Positions 13,984 through 26,465 of a stretch of DNA of 41,361 bases are shown one piece after another. Origin of the DNA: Basidioascus undulatus (lineage: Eukaryota); contig JTLS01000029.1 of the NCBI GenBank assembly GCA_000826855.1, forward strand, positions 1 through 41,361. The letters run 5' to 3'. The notes under the pieces are model-generated. The model did no database searches and had not been told where the DNA came from. It saw nothing but the letters and a program-made list of their open reading frames with translations. How positions within the stretch are numbered: the stretch's first letter is position 1; the number at the start of each line of letters is the position of its first letter. The position numbers and the translations under genes were made by a program.

Positions 13984-15618
13984 TTAAGCGCAAAAAAAAA
14001 GCCGCCCTGCACCGAGACCGCCCCGTCCTGCCTGCGCACCTGAACGTCTAAGACTAACTGTGGATCTCCATCCTCCCACGTATCGATTACCTTCCCACCT
14101 CAGCCATTCAAGGACCCGCAGGTTGTCCTCCGCCAGTGCCGTGAGCTCAGCCTTGAGCGCGGGCCGCGCCTTTCGCGCCCAAGTCACCGTGCCCAGCCAT
14201 TGACGATGCTTATACTTGTCCTCCAAAGCACTCTCCCGAGACAGCTCCTCATCCGAGGACGCTTCTTCGTCGAAAAGCTCTTCGTCCGATGAACAGAGGT
14301 CATCAAAGTTCGAAGCCATGCGGTAGGAAGCGATATAATCCGGGCGGGGACAGGAAGGGAAAGGACTTTCATCGGCAAACACGTACAGGCGGCGGAGCGA
14401 GGGAAAAGCGGAGATGAAGGCAAGTAAGCGCGCCTGAATAAGGGTTTGAGTTGAGTGGTGCCAGGTGATTCTGATTCGCAGGCAGGATTCCCGGCAAACG
14501 GTACTTACGCTTGCAGGTGCACCACCACCGTGGTCACCACTTTCAAGCTCAAGCACTTCCAGCCCGCTCAAACGCTCTCCGATCCTGGCGAGAATGAGAG
14601 GATCATTTGACAACTCGTATATGCCCACGTGCAGATGGCGGAGCAGGTGGGGATTGGGAAGAGTGTCGAACGTTGCCAAAAGCTCTTCGTCGGTGAATGA
14701 GACTGATTGAAATGAAACTTCGCGAAGACACTGGCAGTGCTCGAAAGAAAAGCTGTCGTCTGAGAAGGAGACTCGAAGCACCTCGACGTGAGGGTGTGCC
14801 GCAAGGAAGGGTTGCCACCAAGTCGCTGCATTGTCTGCTTGCGCAATCCATGAGATGCAGAAGCACTTGAGCTCGCGCAACGCTGGGAGCTTGTCGAGGA
14901 TCAGCCTCGGTAGAGCCGCCCTCATGCCGAACACTTGAAGCGATCTGAGCGTTGGCGCGGTACGCCTGATCAACGAGGCCAGACCTTCCACGTCGCTTCC
15001 AATGCTGTCCATGCGAACGATCAGCTCCTCGAGATCGTCTTTGCAGGGGAGACCGACAGGCCACCTTGAGCAGCATATGCTGTTGAGATCGAGCGATTTG
15101 AGCGACAGTGAACCAGCAACAGCCACCAGCAACAGCCATCGCGAGCGGCGCGAGGTTGGGCAAGGGACAGAGGCGAGTACGGCGCTCGCCCTGGGCACGA
15201 AGTGCCACGTGGAAGAGGTTCGGAAAAGCACGAATGACTGCCGCAGCACAGTCTTCGATCGACATGTAAAGATCTTGGAGTGTCGAATGACGATGGACTG
15301 GAATGAGCAGCGTGAGACGGCTGTCCGGGCAAGCATCCGGTTAGCGACTCGGGCGGGAAAGGGTAAGGGGAAGACGACGCACCGGACGTAAAGCGCACAG
15401 TCCCACCTCCCCTCGACGATTCGCCGCAAATCCTCGCGTTGGGATTGATAGACGAGCAGACGACGGCTGTGGAAGTTGCAAAAGAGCTCGCGTCGGGCAA
15501 CGCCTGATACGGCGCGGGAGACGAGCGAGAGATTCTTCAGCGTAGGCAGGGAAAGCAAGCTGGCCATTTTCGAAAGCAGCTCATTCGGCAGGGTGGTGAG
15601 TGATGCGGGTGTGAGCAT
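13984..15618 (-). CDS. F-box / LRR-like protein; spliced form frameshifted by a 13-bp tandem duplication, unspliced ORF fully open
   Basis: MLTPASLTTLPNELLSKMASLLSLPTLKNLSLVSR F-box; LPALRELK and FPSLRRLYV repeats; introns 15382-15321 and 14508-14434; duplicated accagcaacagcc at 15112-15137. Confidence 0.75.
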   Translation of the reverse strand: MLTPASLTTLPNELLSKMASLLSLPTLKNLSLVSRAVSGVARRELFCNFHSRRLLVYQSQREDLRRIVEGRWDCALYVRCVVFPLPFPARVANRMLARTAVSRCSFQSIVIRHSKIFTCRSKTVLRQSFVLFRTSSTWHFVPRASAVLASVPCPTSRRSRWLLLVAVAGSLSLKSLDLNSICCSRWPVGLPCKDDLEELIVRMDSIGSDVEGLASLIRRTAPTLRSLQVFGMRAALPRLILDKLPALRELKCFCISWIAQADNAATWWQPFLAAHPHVEVLRVSFSDDSFSFEHCQCLREVSFQSVSFTDEELLATFDTLPNPHLLRHLHVGIYELSNDPLILARIGERLSGLEVLELESGDHGGGAPASVSTVCRESCLRIRITWHHSTQTLIQARLLAFISAFPSLRRLYVFADESPFPSCPRPDYIASYRMASNFDDLCSSDEELFDEEASSDEELSRESALEDKYKHRQWLGTVTWARKARPALKAELTALAEDNLRVLEWLRWEGNRYVGGWRSTVSLRRSGAQAGRGGLGAGRLFFCA

Positions 15619-15758
15619 TGTGCTGATGAGCCGGGAAATAGGCAGGGAGAACACGGTGGGGGGAGGGCAAGAGGCGCTGGGGGAGGAGCCCACGCAAGAC
15701 CGTTGTTTTAACCCCTAAAAAGAAGAGAAAAAAGGTTTAATAAAAGACAGGCAGCAAT

Positions 15759-15830
15759 GGGGGGCTGGCGCAATGGTAGCGCGTGCGACTCCAGATCGCA
15801 AGGTTATCCGTTCAAGTCGGGTGTCCCTCA
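15759..15830 (+). tRNA. tRNA-Trp: tRNA-Trp(CCA), intronless
   Basis: 72-nt cloverleaf: GGGGGGC/GTCCCTC acceptor, TGGCGCAATGGTAGCGC D-arm, TGCGA-CTCCAGA-TCGCA anticodon arm, ATCCG-TTCAAGT-CGGGT T-arm, T5 at 15840. Confidence 0.93.
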
Positions 15831-17114
15831 AACGGATTCTTTTTGCACCTTTCTGCGCACCCCAGCAGTTTTGATTTTCTGGATTGCCAGGACCATCGTC
15901 TTTTACCAAATATATAATGCGATAAGGTTTGCAGACAGAATAAGCACAGTACTGAAGTGTGAGGTGCCATGTACACTGCGAAACACCAGGGCGGTTTGTG
16001 TCTCCCCCTAGCAGCTGGAGTGAACAAATTCATTCACATCTGCTCAAAAGATCCCCCAGAAGGCACTCCCAGGAAATTATCAGATTCTCAAAGACGAGCG
16101 GCACTTTTCGGCATTCTCCCTTGAGTGCTTGCCCCCACCTGCCCCGCCAGATTAATCTTCTGGCCTGCAGTTTCGACGCGGAGCGCTCGATCCTCTCGCT
16201 TACCTTGTCGGACAGGCTGGAAGCTGAAAGGAAGTTGGCTGATGGAACCTCTAAGAACTCCGTAGGCGCACATCTGGAGGGAGCTCCGAACACCTGTCAA
16301 GTTGGTAGCGCGTGCGTGTGACTGCCAGTGTTTTCGCGATGCAAAACACCGGTTCCTAGCAAGGCTGGTCGGAAGTTCACTACCAAGGCTGGATGGAGAG
16401 TGCCTGTCAGCCCGGCACTTTCTGAATTTCGTTAAGAGTGCACCAAGGGTCCCAATCGCGGTCCGATCATCAGTTCCATTGCATTGAGCCGTGCTCGCCT
16501 TCTCGTTCGAGCTCACAGCACGAGTCGAGTTTCAACATCAGGCTCGGATGGGCGGCTACATCAAGAAGACGACGACATAGGAAACTGTGCAAAAGTCTAA
16601 AAGGGTACTGGTTCGCTTGTTTCCGCACCTTTATCTGGACTGGTTGGGCCAAGCAGTTTGAATCCGCGCGAGAAAGGAGTTGGTCTGACTGTATGTGTGT
16701 CCTCTTGCCACCCAACGACAACCGTTTCTACCGTATCATGGGATAATTTATTTCCTACACTTCAATCAACAGCCCGATCCGTACCCCAGACGGCGCTCCA
16801 AACCAGAAACCACTGCAACGGCTTCAGGAGCCCTCGAAGTGGACGGTCGAAGACGAGATGGCGTACCGCAAAATCGATTGGAACCGCTTTATCGGTTGAC
16901 CACAAATATGACTGGGACACGAACTGTGGTGCTACCAATGCCGAACGGCATGTCAGTAAGTGATCTTCCCTTGTACAGAGATGGAAACATGGGAGCTCAA
17001 TGTGGTGCCCCTCTGTCACAGATGGTTTGAAGAGGCAGTCCGGAAGGATCTCCATTTTGCATGTGCGTGAATTAAGCCGAGTGGATTCCACCTACCAAAT
17101 TTTTTTGTTTAAAT

Positions 17115-17132
17115 TATATATATATATATATA
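17115..17132. repeat. (TA)9 microsatellite
   Basis: Read directly. Confidence 0.9.
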
Positions 17133-18752
17133 TTTTAGCAGGCTTGGGATTCAGAGGTTCAAGTTCCGAATGGAGGCCAAAGCCCGGGGATTGACACTGC
17201 AGCAGGCTCTCGCTGAGCTCGGCTGCACTCCTAGGCCGCGGGACGGTGCGATAGTGCTTATTCTGTCATTCTGGATAAAAGCTGACGAGGAATTCTCTCG
17301 TAAAACCTCCCTCTCTCTAGAAGGCTCTGAAAAATCTTGGAACGTTTCCGGGATCTCTCGCGGCGCCGACGCCCGCGCGCTGAAGCAAAGAAGGCGTCTC
17401 CTCCGTGCACTGCTTGAGGGGATGTGGCGGTCAATAATCTGTATTCATGAGCACAATTTAGCCAACAGGGGTAGAGAGTATCAATTTGTAATCGCGACGC
17501 ATGAACTGCAGTAATGAGGGAGCTGGCGCAGCCGACTGCACTGAGTCCCCGCCTCAAGCAATCTCCACACCCGGCTGTCGAAACTCTAGTGACTTATTTT
17601 TGCAGGGCGCATCTTCCATCCGGTGCCATGAGACAACATCGGGCACCGCCAAGGTTGAGCGATGGCTTCTACAGCCCCTGTGAAAGACCGAAGCTTCGAG
17701 CTCAAATGGTGAGGTGTGCCCATGTACAGCGTCTCCTCAACCTCTCTATTCTCTATCTAAACTGTCTTCATGGTGCGCCAAGTGCAAAAAAGCCACTTCT
17801 TGTGACCCTTCAGGAGGTGCAATTGTGTCAATCCCGCATGGCAAGGCGGGTACGCGACAGAGCCCGAATGCCCATATTGAAGGCCCTCTTCGTCCAAGTC
17901 TCTAGAGCGGAAGAGCTTCTGGTAGATCTGAAATTGCGTGGGGGTGGTCGCGGGGGTTCCTGTAAATCGATGAATTTTCAACGCTGGGTTTGAGGCATGA
18001 CGCTCGGTATGGCTGTACCATGGACCCTCGGGAATGGTCCCGCACGAAATCTGAGGAATCAGCAAGGCCCACGACACGACAATGTGATCGATGTAAAGTA
18101 CCGGGAGGTCCAGTGCTGTAGTTCCGACGAGATCGACAAAAATGCCGGCCTTGTGCCTGCTTGAGGCCTTCCTCCCATCAAGATCAGCAACGCGCGAGGA
18201 AAGCGATCGACGAAGTCCACGGTGCGGAAGCCCTGCTCTGCGTGTCAGGACGTGGCAGGCTGGCAGCTTGCTCGAACGGCAGAGGGAACGAAGCGAGCAG
18301 CGCGAGGTCATTCAGGCCTGTCAAGCGGCACTCAGTATCCGAGCGCATGGACAGGCGAGTGGAGGGTATGAGTGATAAGCAGGTGCCTGCTGAAACGGCT
18401 GTTCGCATACGGGTGAATGCATTGCGTCCTGAGCGGGATCAGGGGGCAATGCGAGTAGCGTGAATAGCGTGAGAGCCTCGATGCGGAACCTGCACGAGAC
18501 TCGGGCCATGGCCAAACGAGATAATGCAATGCAATGTGGATGCTGGGACGATATACCAGAGACGAGGGAAGACGAGGTAAGAGTGGGTAGCCATGCTGGC
18601 GCGCGGTCTCGGAGAGGTGAGGAAGGGAGGAAGAAGACGGGGGCGGGCGGACAGGGACGTGAAATGCAGGGGAGGAGTTACAGACAACATATGACGACGA
18701 ACCAAAAGAGTAGTAGGAAACCGCAAAAAGAACGCCTTCACTTCAACCCCCG

Positions 18753-19668
18753 TCAGGCCGACGCCATCGCCGTCGCCGCCTCGGCCTCCCCCGCCCCCGC
18801 CCCCGAACCGGACGGCTTGGCGTCGGCGTCGGCATCTACGGGATCATCCAGCCATGATTGCTCGACGGTGAGCTTTACGCGGCGGACGTATTCCTGAGGG
18901 AGGAGGACATGGTTTAGCTTTAAGAGATCGGGGAAGGGAGAAAAGCATATGCGCACCTTCATGTTCTCCCTGTACAGCTGCGCCGCCTCCGCATTCGCAG
19001 GGCTTTACCACACCTCAGTCAGTCCTCCAGTCACGAAATCGTAGTGAAAGGCAGCACTGGCTTGCCTGTTCGGGTTCGGATCGTGCAGCAGGCTCTGGAT
19101 AGAAGTGAGGACGGCTGCAACGTCGTACGTGGGGGACCAGCGGTTCTGGAGGATGTCGAGGCAGAGCTCGCCGTTGGCGTAGACGTTCGGGTGGAACATC
19201 TTGGAGAGGAACTTGACGGTCGGCGGCTTGTTCGGGTACTGCTCGTCGAACGTGAGGAGCAGACGGAACGTCCCGTCTTCGAAGGGCGTTTCAGCTGGGC
19301 GAAGGGGAGGAGCGTGATCAGTCGGGATGTTGATTGATGGGTCCCGGAGACGTCTACAGATCCCCCATCCCATTCCCCTTCCAGCTGGGACACCCATCTC
19401 CCCCTGGGCAGCAGCCCGCCACCCCTCCCTCCGTGCCCACTCAGCGCGCGCAACCACGACTCACCCGGCCCAAAGATGACGGCATTCCACAGCATGATAT
19501 TATCCCCGCACGGCGCGCCCGACACGCCCCCAGGCGGGTCGGACGAGAGCCGCTTGAAGTCGCGAATGAGGCGGCGACGGGAGGCGGTAGACTGGTCCGA
19601 GAGACGCCTTCCTTCAGCTCCCGAGTTCGGCTCAGCAACCCGCACAGAGCCCAGCGTAGACGCACCAT
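18753..19668 (-). CDS. RAD6: Ubiquitin-conjugating enzyme E2 Rad6/Ubc2
   Basis: [16 protein letters not shown]...[22 protein letters not shown]...[25 protein letters not shown]...[35 protein letters not shown]; first coding exon is only ATG; one GC-AG intron. Confidence 0.97.
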
Positions 19669-21947
19669 TGTGCAGGAGATTTACTGGTGGATGCGGTGCG
19701 TGAAGCGAGCGTATGAGGGCGAGGCGGTGGCAAGCGAGCGGTGGGAGACGATGGAGGTTTGGTGTTAGGAGCAGTCAGCACGACCAGGCTCCAGGCGTGG
19801 GACTTCAGAGGCCGCACCGAGAGTGCTGCGGCGAAGACGCCGCAGGGCGTGCTCCTCGCTGGTCTAATATGCAGGATCCAGCCGCATAATTTTTCACCAA
19901 AGACGCGCTCTTTGGACTTATTGTACCACAGAGGAACAGCTTCATGGCTGCTATGGAGCGGCAGAATAGGTACAGCCGGCTGCGAGGACCAGAGATCAAC
20001 TGAAGCTTTTTCGTATCGTGAAGTGGAGCTGTCAAAGTGCTCTCTGAGCAGCCGCTGTAGTATATTACCCACTAGAAACATGGCGCAAGTGTAGAAAAGG
20101 CCTTCTATGCGGTCGCGGTCTGGAGATCCTGGGGAATCGTGTACCCTGGCGGGCTGGGCGGGCTCTGGCGCGAAGTGGGATGGTCGCAGTCGCCCTGATG
20201 GTAATGGAATGCTGATATATGGATGGAAGATCATAACAATACAGGAGGAAAGCGTGAAAACAAAAACACCATCAGGAGCTTCCCTCAGCAGCACGCTCGC
20301 TCTACTTGCCCACCATCCTGAAAACTGGTCATCATTTCTACCCCCCCGCAGGACCGCAAGCAACTTGACTTTCGCCTACACGTCTCCTTCAGCTATCAGA
20401 TCTAGTACCAAAGTAGAGCGAATTTAGGCCTTCAGGCCTGCCAGCAGCCCTCGACACGTTCAGCAAAGGCACGACTTCAATCGGATGCTGAGGCAGTTGA
20501 ATGGCTCACTGGCGTCCTCTGCAAGGTAGACATCGGGACAGAGTGAGTTCTTCCGTGTGCATAAACAGATGAGTAATCAAGCAGTACTCAAGCAGGGCTT
20601 GAAGCGGAGTTGCAAACTATTGTGTTTCTGGCACGAGCAGGTCAACTGCACCTGTTTGTAGGCCGGTTGTCTGGTCGGACCCAGTCGGCCTTTTTCCAAG
20701 CATGCAGGCTAGTAGAAGGGAGTTTCAACCCTTTCATGGTTTTGTGGCCTCACCTAGAAGGTACGCAGCTGCACCCGACACCAAGACAGTCATAGCCCAC
20801 GACTTTGTCGGGGCTCACAAACTTCTGCTTACGAGCTTGATATACTTAATATCACTTGTTATAAACATCTATTCGGTAAACCCAGGGCGACACCCGAGCA
20901 CGCAGACCTGTGGGGGTCTGCGGCACACTGCAGCGTGACCGTTGAGCACGACGTGGCTCAGGAAACGAAGAAGCTGCCTACCGTATCTGTACCTCTTCTT
21001 ATCCTGTATATAGGCATGAGTAAGCATGAGTAAAATCATTTTCCCGTTTACAGTCCTCACCGCGCGTTGAGGCCAAATTGCAGGCCAAAGAAGTGCACTG
21101 GAGGTGACCTTCTGGGCACCTTCCACGCGTGACATGGGGCAATGCAGGGACCCGATATTTTCTTAATGTTTTGCCCTTTACCTCCGGTCAAACCTTTAAA
21201 AATGTTGAAAACGTCCTCGGAAGCCGGGCTCGTAACGCCGGGTTCACGGTACGGTTCGCTGCATTTACGTTGTTTGCGCCCTCAGTTTCTACAATATACC
21301 ACCAATGCGCATACAGAGAGAGAAACGCGCGTATTCATGTAGATCCAACAGAGTGTACAGTGTATCCGAGTCTGCGAGCGAACAGGTGAATTATGTCTGC
21401 CTGCGTACGCTGCCTCCCCACCTGGTCGTGCCCCGAATTTCCCTCAATTAATGCAGGTCTATCTAGCATTTTGGCAGCTCGCTCTGGAGTGGACAGTACC
21501 TCCAGAAGATCCCGCCTGGCTTGGGTAGAATCAGTTGCTCCGAGCCGCCTCCGCCGCGAAGGACTCGGAATCGAAAGGGGTGTGGAGGCGGATGGTTGGG
21601 AGAGAAGGCAGCGGACGAATTGGAGGCGTACAGGTTTCCGATTGTGGCATAGGTTTGGTGGGGAGGGAAGTAGGTAGGCGGGGGGGAGGAGGGAGAGAGA
21701 GAGGGGAAGGGGCATACGGTTGCAGTGCGCCAGTACTGGTCGTAGATGACATGCGGGGAGTCATTGTCTTGCTCTTTGGACGTTGTGCACCGTGAGGCCT
21801 GCGCCTTGCGCGAGGTTCTGGTAACCAGGCAAGAACGTCAACGCCTCCAACAACTTGACAGAGCCGGTAGTTCTGCTCAATCTTTGAATAACAATATGTA
21901 AAGCTTATATAAGGCAGGGTCTTCAATCAAAATGAAATACATAATGT

Positions 21948-23610
21948 TCAAGGGAAGACCGATGCGTAGTCGGAGCGGCTGTTCTCTGGCGAACCCGGAA
22001 CGGTCGCCTGCCCAAGCCTGCCTCGCTTGCCTCTCGCCTGCCGGCCCAGCCACCACAGATCGTACTTGATTGTCACCTTGCACACTTGATATGGCAGGCT
22101 GGATATGGCCTCCGCGATGCCCCGACTGTTCGCCGACTTGATATCCGGGGTATCCGAACCCCCGCGCCAGTAGCCGTCGTAGACAAACTTGCAGAGAGCC
22201 GGAAAGGCTACGATATGCTGAGCGAGATCCATGTACTGCCAGATGAGATCTAGTCAGCCAAACGAAGCGCAACAAAATGAAAGATTGTGAGAAGGAGCGG
22301 CCAAGACTCACCTCGGCCTCGCGTTCAATGGCGCAGTACCAGAGCGGATCACGAGTGTACGCAGTTGAGGCAAGCACGCGCAGAGCGGCGTCAGGCAGTG
22401 AGGGTGGGGCCGTCCAGAGCGAAGACGCAGATTCCGAGAGTCTCGAGGAACGAAAGGGCTTGAAGCGCATTGTGTAGCTCCGTAGCCCGGTACAAGCTGT
22501 CCGGAAACGCGTCCACTTCGGCAGGCCTCGGCACGTACGGCAGGACCTCTCCAGAAGTGCGATCCGAACAAGAGGTAGCGAAGCGACTGCTGCTTCCCAA
22601 CGAAGACAGTCAAGCTGGAGAGAAAGCGGTCGGCATCCGGCGCCTCGGGAAGCTCGTCAGGGTCAAAGAGTATCGTGAACTTCGTGAGTTTTGGGAAGGT
22701 GCGACCGAGGCGGAACGCGTCGCTAATGTCGGGACGGTGCGCTCTGCGAGGGCGGCGCCGCATGAGGTGGGGCACGAGCGCGTGTTGAAGATGTGCGAAG
22801 ATCCTGCGCAGTTGTTGTGCGTGGGTAGGTGCGGGTCTTGAGGTAGGACACGCGCGAGAGGTGGATGGTACCGAGGAGGTCGAGCCCTCTGTCGGCTTCC
22901 GCAGCCCCGAGACGATTGGAGCGCGGCCTACCACGGCCCGGGCGTAAGCGAGGGTGGCCTTGAAGAGGTCCAGCGATCCCAGCGCGGTGGCTGGACGTAG
23001 ATCTAGGGGTTCGTGGAATTCACACGTACTGTAGGAGACATAGAACTCAGTTATAGGCTGACCGGGTAGATTGAACAGCGGAAACGCACTCAAGGCTGAG
23101 CCGCATGAGCGTCGGCCAGTGGCCTTGCAACGCGACCCAGATTTCCGGAGGAACGTCTTTTTGGGCCCACAAGAAGGCGTGCAGAGGAGGATACGCTTCG
23201 AGAAAACCGCTCTGTTTGGAGCCCGTCAGACGAGGGCATGTCCACGACCATCGTACCGCAAGACTAGAAGGCGTACGGTCGAGAAGTGCCCGCTCCTGCT
23301 CCAAGACTGATGCGTGGGCATACCTTGAGTGACACCACGAGATTCTAGCACCCTGAGACATTGGAGAAGCTTTGGTTCCCGGAGAACGCGCGAGAGCTTG
23401 GAGGAGGAGCGGGCCAGTTTTTCGAAAGCACGAGGTCGAGCTCGAGGTAATGGAACACACGCTCGAAGGCAGCGGCGTACATATGCCGCGCTTCGGTCAG
23501 CGGTGCGACTGCGAGCCAGGATTTGAGGTCCTTGGTATCAGTGTACTGCGAGATATGCGAGACGTGGTGTCGTAGTGTCAGACATCGAGGGGGAGCAGGT
23601 CGAGCAGCAT
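21948..23610 (-). pseudogene. Degenerate F-box/LRR-like gene
   Basis: Start MLLDLLPLDV* (F-box-like) is broken immediately; homologous-looking segments continue in different frames (HISQYTDTKDLKSWLAV; DVPPEIWVALQGHWPTLMRLSL; FPKLTKFTI; FPALCKFVY). Confidence 0.6.
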
Positions 23611-24886
23611 GGCTGTGGAGATGATGATGGGTCGAAGGGCAAGAAGAGAGTCCCGCTTTTGCGTGCTCCGAGGGCGTGTCGCTCGCTCCGCCTGCTTTCA
23701 AATTGACCGACACTGGTTCTCATGAGGAGACACAAAAAACTATATGAAAACTCCCTTGATCAGAATTGAATTGTCAGGCTACAAAGGCTACAACGGTGAG
23801 TGAGCCGTTTTCTCCGGCGAGCTCACTTCTGTAGCGTTCTCGCGCGAATGCTGGCACCATTGGACTATACCTTGGTTCAGAAAATTGTCTTTACAGGTAC
23901 CACCTGGTTAGAAATTGCCTGAACGAAGCTCGGTTGCACATGAGCTTGAGCCGATGCTCGGTTTCGTCGTGTTAAGAGACAGTTGAGCACCGCTGACTCC
24001 CTACTGGCGGTGGAAGAACCCTTATGTCTGCTTCCCAAGATGAAAGCTTATTCTTTTCAACCTAAGGAGTTTTTGCTTTTCGGCGACAACAGAAAGCTTA
24101 GAAACTCAATTGATCGGTACAGACTTTCTGCCGGGCAGTGCCGACGAGAGTCGACACCGTCTTGCTTGGTTTTTGAATGGACACTTGCGAAAACAGCTCA
24201 GACCCAGTCGAAAAAAAGTCTTGATTCGAACATAAAACAACAGGCAAAAGCTCCATAGAAAGATGCTACCTATGAAAAGGCGAAGACGGTCCTCCACGGA
24301 TGTGCATGTCGATGTCAGCCGCAGTCTTGACTCTACGGAGCACCCTCATCTGCCTGACGACCTGGATGATTGCACTAGACTCCGAATCGATTCAGCTCCC
24401 TGCCACTAAAGGAAGTGCAAGGCGACGTTCTATACTCAAGTCGGGGGACGTCTGCCGTCCTCTCCGGTCTTCGAGCGCAGTCACATCCGCTAGTGCAAGG
24501 ATCTACGTATCGAGGGGCAATCGATCCTCTCCAATCTTGAAGACCGGAGAAAACAAATAATGCTGAATCCTCCAGCCAGTGAATGTGACGATGCGGAAGG
24601 TATGGAGAAAGCTGCGCCAGCCGCTTCCCGAAGACCGTCCCAAGCTGCCGAGTCAGTAAGGCGATGCGAGCACACACGTGCAGACGAGGCAGTCTAGACA
24701 AAGCACTATGCGGATTATAGTCTAGTCTAATGTGATGCTTGTCTGAAATGCGGGATGAGACAGTGTTTGGATGATATCTAGAAGTACACATGATGCGTGT
24801 GATGGGGTATGCGAAGAACAAAGGAAGGCAAAGAGCAAATAGTACAAGCGAAGACGTGGGGCCAAGATGCACGCTGCGTTTTTGGC

Positions 24887-26259
24887 CTAGTTGTCGCTGG
24901 TGGCGGAGTTGTAGCCCGAGTCGGTGACGGGCGCGGGCTTGTAGTCGGGGCGGAAGATGGCGTCGAGGAAGACGCCGACGCCGCCCTCGTTGTTCGTGAT
25001 GGTCTGGTACTTGGCCGCCTCCGTCGGCGCCGCCATCGCGTTGCCCATCGCGCACGGGAACCCGGAGAGCGTGAACATGGGGACGTCGTTCTCGCCGTCA
25101 CTGCCAAGCGAAATACCATGTCAGACCGACTATGAATGTGCGGAGGGGAAAAGGAGGGGGGGCGAACCCGAAGGTGATGATGTTCTCGGGCGCGATGTTG
25201 TACACCTTGGAGAAGTGGTTCAGGGCAACACCTGGCGGTCCGAAAAAAGCGGTCAGAAATGGTGCGCTAGGTAAAAGGTAGGAAGAGGAGGGGAGACTCA
25301 CCCTTGTTGGCGCCGGAGGGGATGAGCTCGATGATGTAGGGGAGGGCGCGGGTCATGCGAAACGCGTCGCGGGAGGGGAAGTGCTCGGCGAGCTTGGCCA
25401 TGTAGTCGTCGGTGACCTCCTCGTCCATGGGGAGGAAGATCTTGTTGATCACAACGTCGCCGCGCGCGACGCGGTCCATGTAGTCCGTCCCGCGCTTGTC
25501 GAAGATGGAGGGGTCGAAGCCTGTGCGAGAGAAGCGAGCCATCAGTAACCCGCAACACCACTAAGGAACCAGAACGAGGAAGAAGGAAGGGGAAAGCAAC
25601 GGACCCTTGGAGATCTCGAAGAAGTCCTTGTCGGTCCGCTCCTCAAGGGCGACGCACGCGACCGAGTCGTGCTCGTAGAGCATGACGGACTTGTTGAGCC
25701 TGCGGAGGAAGGCGACGACCTCGACGACGACGTCGGGCGCGATCCCGACCTGGCTCTCGAGCATGCCCTCGTTGTTGTAGATGATGGAGCCGTGGCAGCA
25801 CGCGGACGGCATGTCCTCGAGCCCGCACGTCTCAACCAGGTACTCGCACGAGACACGCTGCTTGCCCGTCACGGGGATGAAGGGGATCTCGGGGTGGGCC
25901 TTGCGGACTGCCGAGCGGAACGAGAACGTCAGCCCACTGTTTGTCTTCTGACCCGAAGGAAGGAAAGAACGCACGGTACCGGATCGCATCGCGCGTGCGG
26001 TGGTGGACGTAGTGGTCGTCGTCGAGGAGGGTGCCGTCAACGTCGGAGACTGTCCCCACAAACTCGACGTCAAGGAACCGAGCACTACGAAGCACAAGCA
26101 TGCTAAAGACATACGGATGAGCTTGACGTCCTCGATCTTAGGCAGCGGGGCCGTCTTGGTCTTGGCCTGCTCGGCCTTGAGGACGTCTACGATGGGCTTG
26201 TCGAGCGGCTTGGTGTTCGACAGGCGGCGCTTGGAAGGGGCGGTCTGGGAGGCGATCAT
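24887..26259 (-). CDS. Cof-type HAD-superfamily IIB phosphatase (YidA/YbiV-like), multi-exon
   Basis: Motif I SDVDGTLL, motif II VTGK, cap CCHGSIIY, IELIPSGANKG (motif III Lys), motif IV FGDGENDVPMF...AMGNA...TNNEGGVG. Confidence 0.92.
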
Positions 26260-26458
26260 GTTGGATGTACTGCACACACAACAGCAGCGATGTTAGTCAG
26301 GGCGAGCGGTGACGATGAGGAAACTGAGGAACGGGAGACGCACGTGAAGGAGAAGGAGAAGGTACGGTGTATAGGAGTGCGAGTGGGTGTGGGTGGGAGG
26401 AGGAGGTGCTGATGAAGCTGAAGCGGGAGATGGGCAATCGAGGCTCGAGGACTCGACC

Positions 26459-26465
26459 TTATATA
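26459..26465 (-). promoter_or_regulatory. Probable TATA box of the HAD gene
   Basis: TATATAA on the minus strand, upstream of a pyrimidine-rich leader and a probable 5'UTR intron (ctgactaac branch, gtgcag acceptor near 26270). Confidence 0.5.

Noticed and set aside
19700..21900. Scattered 60-240 aa ORFs upstream of RAD6
   Set aside because: No motifs, codon bias or coherent splice structure
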